From NCBI RefSeq assembly GCF_009914755.1, contig NC_060947.1: a stretch of DNA of 64,000 nt; one strand, 5' to 3'. The first letter of the stretch is position 1. Each line of letters begins with the position of its first letter. Shown piece by piece: positions 56,409 to 64,000 of this stretch. The DNA comes from the human T2T-CHM13v2.0 reference genome, Homo sapiens. The notes below the pieces were generated by a model, which searched no databases, was not told the origin of the DNA, and was given only the letters and a program-made list of their open reading frames with translations. The position numbers and the translations under genes were made by a program.

Positions 56409-57370
56409 TCATGCAGGCCTGGCTTTTGGGGTGTGTACCCCACACAGAGAGTTATAAACAAAGATAGGCTGATTTAATTTCTGCCCTCCCCCCCAACACA
56501 ACCTGCAAAAATATCGAGGAGGGGCTTTTTACTCTCTGCCAACTGCAAAAGGGACTGATCATCAGAGAAAATGCCTGTCCTTTCTTTCACTCATTTCTCT
56601 TGATCTCCTCCAAAAATATGGCCTATTTAGTTATTAGGCATCACAGATTGGGAAAAGAAAAAGAAGCAGAGAGGGCTGTCCCAAGGCTCCATTCCCTAGG
56701 AGGTCCCACTTCCATCTGGCATATGTTGAGTCCTCCTGTTTTCCTCTCAAAGGGAGCCTTGTTTATGGAGGTTTTCTCTGCATTCATTTGTTCCCAGCCA
56801 TCTCTTCAACAGCTGTCCCCCCACCTTCCCAGGATCCCATTGGTCAGGCTTCGCTCCCACTGCATGGAATGCAAAAATATCTCACCCAGAAATGTCTTGT
56901 CAAAGACAGAGAGGGAAACCGGCCCAGGCAATGCTGCCCTTGCATGTCATCATGGACCAATTCTTACCTGTTTCTCCTCACCCTCTTTCTCTCTTCTTCA
57001 GCTTCTGGGTTGAAGCATTTTGATGTTATTTATACGAAGGAAATGACATTAGAGTAACCTTTTTATTGCATTACACTAAAAGGAGATTGAACTATAACTT
57101 TGAAAATTGTGACATTCCAATGAGAGCTATATTAAATTGCTTAAAAACATTTCGAAGGCATCATTGGTATTGTCTGTAGTGGTAAGTGAAACAAAGGATT
57201 TCACAGCATGTCGGGTTTAATACAAACTATGCTCACATTTAAGTCTTTAAGCTATTAAATAGAAGAGAGGAGAAAGGGGATGGTGAAATAGTATCAGAGG
57301 GGGATGGAAGAGAGAGACAGAAGATGCCTAAGAGAAGACAATCCTGAGAATAAAAGGTGGCACAGACTGA

Positions 57371-57745
<375 letters not shown>

Positions 57746-57845
57746 CTAAGTGCTTTTCACACGGATCAACGAATCCTCCAGACAATCATATAGCGATGGT
57801 TCTATTAGAATCCCTCTTTTACAGATGAGAAAACCGAGGCACAGA

Positions 57846-57959
57846 GAGGGTGTCCAATTCAGCCTGGTTTTCCCAGGATTTGCCTGGGTTTCCAGGTGAA
57901 AGTCCTGTATCCTGGGAAATCCCTCAATCCCAGGCAAACTGCGATGGTTGCTCACCTGA
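57846..57959. mobile_element. MER81-like hAT-Blackjack MITE inserted in a MIR (57740-58200)
   Basis: TIRs agggtgtccaa / ttgctcacct; 8-bp TSD ggcacag(a/g). Confidence 0.7.
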
Positions 57960-59678
57960 GGCACAGGGAGAAGTAGTTTGCCCAAGGTCGGAGAGGTGGA
58001 GCCAGGATGGGAATGAGCTAGGCAGTCTGACTCTGGAATCTGCTGCTCTTATCCTCTGTAAATCTCACCCATTTTTACAGAATGAGTAACTTGGGGCATT
58101 AGAGAGAGATGAACTGACTTGTCCACAGTCACAGAGCTTGCTAGTAGTGGGTGGATGACTAAAATTTGGGACTAACAAATCACACCTCCTTTCTACTTTC
58201 AGCTACCTTCTGAAAGAGGTTTTGTAGAAAAGAAAGCAGCTTTAAAAAAATCTTAGAAGTAAGGAGCTAAATAAATAAACACATCCAAGAAAAAGACATC
58301 TACCATATTGAGAAACATCACGACCTGGCAGTATTAGAATATGTAGCAAAAGGAGGTCACCTATATTGTAAACACAATTTATAATGAAAGACAATTTCAA
58401 AATTGCAATAAGTACACAAAGAAAATAATTATATGGCACATGTGGCCATTAGGCAGGGAACATTTTAACTCCCTAAAGCATTTGGTGTATTGTTCTGATT
58501 CCATTATTGTTCACTAATGATGGTCATTGTTCCACCTCACGTCATCCTCAAAACTGGCAGCCCCCTGCAGTGGACATTGTTTCCAAACAGCTTCTCTAGG
58601 ACCTTTCGGACAAACCTGCAAGAACTGATGATGTTCTGCGCATGGAGTTGGTAAGCAGGTTGTAGCTGGGCATTGGCCGGGAAAGAAGGCATTCTCACTT
58701 GGAACACAGCTCATTGTAAAAATGCAGTTTGACATCAATAAAAATAATCACTATTTGTTGTATTTCTTATAATTATAGGTCATCTCTTGGTGAGGCTCTG
58801 CAGTTCGTAAAGTGGCGATTTGGCCTCTGTCATGCTGATGCTGGAGGCAGCCAGGCCCCAGAGCCTCTCCTGGCGGGCATCCTGAATGCCAGAAGCTTAG
58901 GCACAACTTCAGGGAAGAAAACATTTTGGAAATGACGAGAAAACTGTGAGGGAGTTGCAACTGTAAACAGCAAATGTGCTAAAGACCAGAGACTTATGCA
59001 GAGCTAAAAGAGGGCAGGTGGAGCTGTTCTCAGTTTTTTACATGTGAAGAAAACATTGGGCTGACTCCATTCTGGTTCCGCAGAGCTAAAATGTGCCTTG
59101 ATGACTGTTGTTGTTTTATTTAACACAAGCACCCGGGGCTGCGTGAGGATCAGGGCTTGATGAGCCAAAGGATTCTGAGAAAAAAGGTGAACAGCTGTGG
59201 TTCTTGTCAAACACAAACTCTTAATCGTTGCTTAATCATTCCCCCATATTAGACATTTGTGTTATTTTAATTGTTTTGCTATCGCAAATAGCATTGTAAT
59301 GAAAACCTTTGGGCACCTAACTTATTCTTTTGCATTATTTCCTTTACATAATTTCCTGAGAGTGGGATTACTGATTAAAGCGTATGAACATTTTAGTCTC
59401 TTGAAATATTGCCAAAATGTCTCCAACTGGTTGAACCAATTGACACTACCTTTACATGAATGTACCAATTTTGCTACAACCTTGCCAGCATTATGTATTA
59501 CAGCTTCCCCCTGCCACCCCCGCCTCAAAATATGGTGATTTAAAAAACTCTATACTTGACTCTAGTTCTCCTAACTCTATGCTCGGTATCTTCCCCCTCA
59601 CTCCAGCATCTCTATCTCTTGCCTGTCTGAATGGCTTGAACTAAGACGACAAGAATACATGAGAAGAAAGGTAATCCT

Positions 59679-59967
<289 letters not shown>

Positions 59968-60269
59968 AAGAAAGGTAATCCTAAAGCAGTGCACATCTGC
60001 CATGCTCGGCAAGGTTTGGAAGACATCTGTAACAGAATGTGCAGTATATGAGGCCCTGGGCTCTGGAATCAATGAGACAGGGCTTGGAGCCAATTCTTTC
60101 CACTTCTGGCTCTGTAGCCATGGGCAATCAAATTAACCTTCAGTTTCTTCACCTGAAAATTGAAGATGATAAAAGTACCTGCAGCACTGTGCTACACTAT
60201 AGATGCTAAATAAAAGTCAGCTTATATTGTGTGACACATGAATACTGAAATGCACATTATTTTACATGC

Positions 60270-60667
<398 letters not shown>

Positions 60668-60796
60668 CTATAGATATTGACAAAATGTCCTTTAAAAAGA
60701 CTATTTGACTTTGTACTTTGACAAACAACATTGATAGCTCTGGGTATTTTCAATCTTGTAAAATATTGTTAGTTTCATGAAGAACACCCAAGAGCT

Positions 60797-61100
60797 TATT
60801 ATTATTATTATTATTATTTTAGACAGGGGATAACTCTGTCACCCAGGCTGGAGGGCAATGGTGCAATCATGGCTCACTGCAGCCTTGACCTCCTGGGCTC
60901 AGGTGATCTTCCCACCTCAGCGTCTGAAGTAGCTGGGACTACAGGCACATGCCACCACCCCCAGCTAATTCTTTGTATTTTTGTAGAGACGGGGTTTCGC
61001 CATGTTGCCCAGGCTGTTCTTAAACTCCTGAGCTCAAGCGATCTCCCCTCCTCCGCCTCCCAAAGTGTTGGGATTACAGGCATGAGCCACTGCACCTGGC
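60797..61100 (-). mobile_element. AluJ with (TTA)n tail
   Basis: J diagnostics tcatggctcactgcagcc; TSD agagcttattatt. Confidence 0.9.
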
Positions 61101-61389
61101 AGAGCTTATTATTTTTATGTGCGTTTCTTTCATTATTAGTGAGGTCAAGTATTTTTTCATGTGACAATTGGCCAATTGTATTGCCTCTTCCATGACTCAT
61201 CTGTTCTCAATTGCTTACTAATGTGCAAATTATTTTACCCACGGGTGCTATGTCTTAAAAGTTTGCTAGAGCTTTATAAAAAGCTGGCATGAGAATCACT
61301 GTGAGATTATCGTTAGTTTTACTCTGATTTCCTTTAGCTTCTAAGCATAATGGCCAGTGTTTATTTTCATGCGTTTTCATGAGTTTATT

Positions 61390-61520
61390 TCACAAGCTGA
61401 AAGACCACATTTCTTGGCCTCCCTTTCAGGAAGGAGTGGCCAATTTAACTAAATTCTGGAGAAGGACGCGTTTTGTGTGGTGTTTCCAGGAAGTCATCTT
61501 AAAAGAGAGGAGTTTTATAG
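61390..61520. mobile_element. Old ERVL/MaLR-type LTR fragment
   Basis: accacatttcttggcctccctt...gtggcca...actaaattctgg resembles the LTR16/LTR33/MLT1 core. Confidence 0.4.
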
Positions 61521-61783
61521 ACCAATGTCCCTCTCTTAGTCTTCTAGATGGTTTGTCTTGAAGGGATGTGAGACAAAGACTGCTAATTGCATCCAAATAT
61601 CCATTCTTTTGGTGGTGGGTTAAAGAGACTGCAAATTTTGTGTCACTCCCGGCTGCTGCTGGTACTGGGGCCCGAGGAGGGATATGCCCGAGTGGGGCCG
61701 CCTGACCAAGGGAGCGACAAACATGACACCCGCCGACGCCTCAGCCGCTTGGGGCCTGCACGGACCCTCTGCTTCAGTGCAGA

Positions 61784-62474
61784 ATGAACCAAGGAGACTC
61801 AAACCCAGCAGCTACTCCGCATGCGGCAGAAGACATTCAAGGAGATGACAGATGGATGTGTCAGCACAACAGATTTGTTTTGGACTGTAAAGACAAACAG
61901 CCTGATGTACCATTTGCGGGAGGCTCCGTGGTGCAGTTACTGCAGCCATATGAGATATGGCGAGAGCTTTTTTCCCCACTTCATGCACTGAATTTTGGAA
62001 CTGGGGGAGATACAACAAGACATGTTTTGTGGAGACTAAAGAGCGGAGAACTGGGGAATACTAAGCCTAAGGTCATTGTTTTCTGGCTAGGAAGAAACAA
62101 CCATGAAAATATGGCAGAAGAGGTAGCAGGTGGTATGGCGGCCATCGTACAACTTATCAACACAAGGCAGCCACAGGCCAAAATCATTGTATTTGATCTG
62201 TTACCTCAAGGTGAGAAACCCAACCCTTTGAGGCAAAAGAACGCCAAGGTGAACCCACTCGTCAAGATTTCGCTGCTGAAACTTAACCAACGTGCAGCTC
62301 CTGGATACTGACAGGGGTTTCGTGCACTCCGACCGTGCCATCTCCTGCCACGACATGTTTGATTTTCTGCATTTGACAGGAGGTGGCTACTCAAAGGTCT
62401 GCAAACCCTTGAATGAACTGATCATGCAGTTGTTGGAGGAAACACCTGAGGAGAAACAAACCACCATTGCCTGA
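61784..62474 (+). pseudogene. PAFAH1B2P1: Processed pseudogene of PAFAH1B2 (PAF acetylhydrolase Ib alpha2); UTR-derived sequence extends ~61640 to ~63820
   Basis: Intronless; ORFs 61784..62311 and 62292..62474 join to MNQGDSNPAA...EEKQTTIA*; 691 nt = 229 codons + stop + 1 inserted base near 62285. Parent identity is clear; the P1 suffix is from recall. Confidence 0.93.
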
Positions 62475-62933
62475 CTGGCTCCCATGAGTGTCAATAGCAT
62501 CTCAGCTTCCTCAGATCAGTTATATCACCAGCACTCCAGAATCCTTCTCTTTCTTAAGGCACTTTGCATTGAAGAATGTTCCTGGATGTTCATATCTAGT
62601 GTTTGAAGGGGAGGAGGGGTTTAAACTGGTCCTGTACATAGAAAATTTGTTTGACAGAGGAGAAAAATTAGCCAAGGAAGATTGTTGTTTCAATTCATTT
62701 GAAACCAGAAGGGGACTTTTTAGTTGTATATGTAACATGTTCATTGAATTATTACTGCTTTCCTAGGACAACATCAAGCCTAAATACTGAACAACATGAA
62801 GATTCTTTTCTTGGCCTTTCTTGGATTACATTGTATATAATAATTCTTAGAATCATACCTACTTGGCTTTAAAACATTTTTTTTCCATTTTTTTAAGGTT
62901 CATAATTTAGTCTTTGGTTTTTATGTTGCTTAG

Positions 62934-63241
<308 letters not shown>

Positions 63242-63802
63242 TGAATATTTTCTTAACATGCAGCATCAGGTTGAACATGCTTGTCATTCAAATATGGAAG
63301 ATGCTATAGTTACAAGTGAATTTATTCTGCTTTCTTAATCTTTCCTGTCCTTAGCAGTGAGAAACAGGTTTTGCCCCAGTAGGGGGACTCTTTGGAGGGT
63401 ATTATTTTTATGCTGCTGAATATCATGTCTATAATGGACCCGTGCATGCAGCCTTTCCTCCCGTTTCCCCATCATCCCCTCTTTTTTTTTTCTTTTTTTT
63501 GGTCCTTGTTGACATTACAAGCTTTTAACACATTTTCGACCTAGGAGCCCTGTTGCTGGAAGTATAGTCTCTAGCCAGCTACTCTTATGATAGTACTGCT
63601 ATAAAATTCATTCTTGTGTGGTATTCTGTGCTATAGAGTCTGTGTATTGCTATTCATATTCGGAGTTCTGGTTTGTTTTGTTTTTCCCTTAAAACCTGTT
63701 ACAGTTTTTTTTTTTTTTTTTTTTTGCTGGGTGGTTGGGGGGTAGGGAATCAGAACTCTGTTTCCCATTCCATATCACCTGACATTATTTCAAGTTTTAT
63801 AA

Positions 63803-64000
<198 letters not shown>

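Overview
Human (primate) genomic DNA, recognisable as Xp21.3-p22.1. The window holds the long last intron and terminal exon of POLA1 (+ strand; C-terminal 47 full codons at 28049-28194, poly(A) signal 29209). It also holds the complete five-exon ARX homeobox gene (- strand; CDS 47974->36907; 196+877+46+329+241 = 1689 nt = 562 aa, all introns GT-AG) converging on POLA1 across ~6.7 kb, and a processed PAFAH1B2 pseudogene (+, 61784-62474, one frameshift) upstream of and divergent from ARX. Repeat-free, homeodomain-motif-dense blocks in the POLA1 last intron, the intergenic gap, ARX introns and upstream fit the known ARX ultraconserved forebrain-enhancer landscape. A ~28 kb Alu-free, CpG-island-rich zone surrounds ARX, and the flanks are rich in Alu, L1, MIR, L2, DNA-transposon and LTR relics. 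No wholly new biological system is evident. The best leads are a stop-free in-frame ARX 5' leader with a strong-context AUC codon, the nearly intact retrocopy of the LIS1 partner PAFAH1B2 next to ARX, a poly(A)-like signal inside the intronic ultraconserved block, an orphan CpG island 3' of ARX, and candidate CTCF sites. Names and boundaries of published enhancers and repeat subfamilies are from recall, not from a search.
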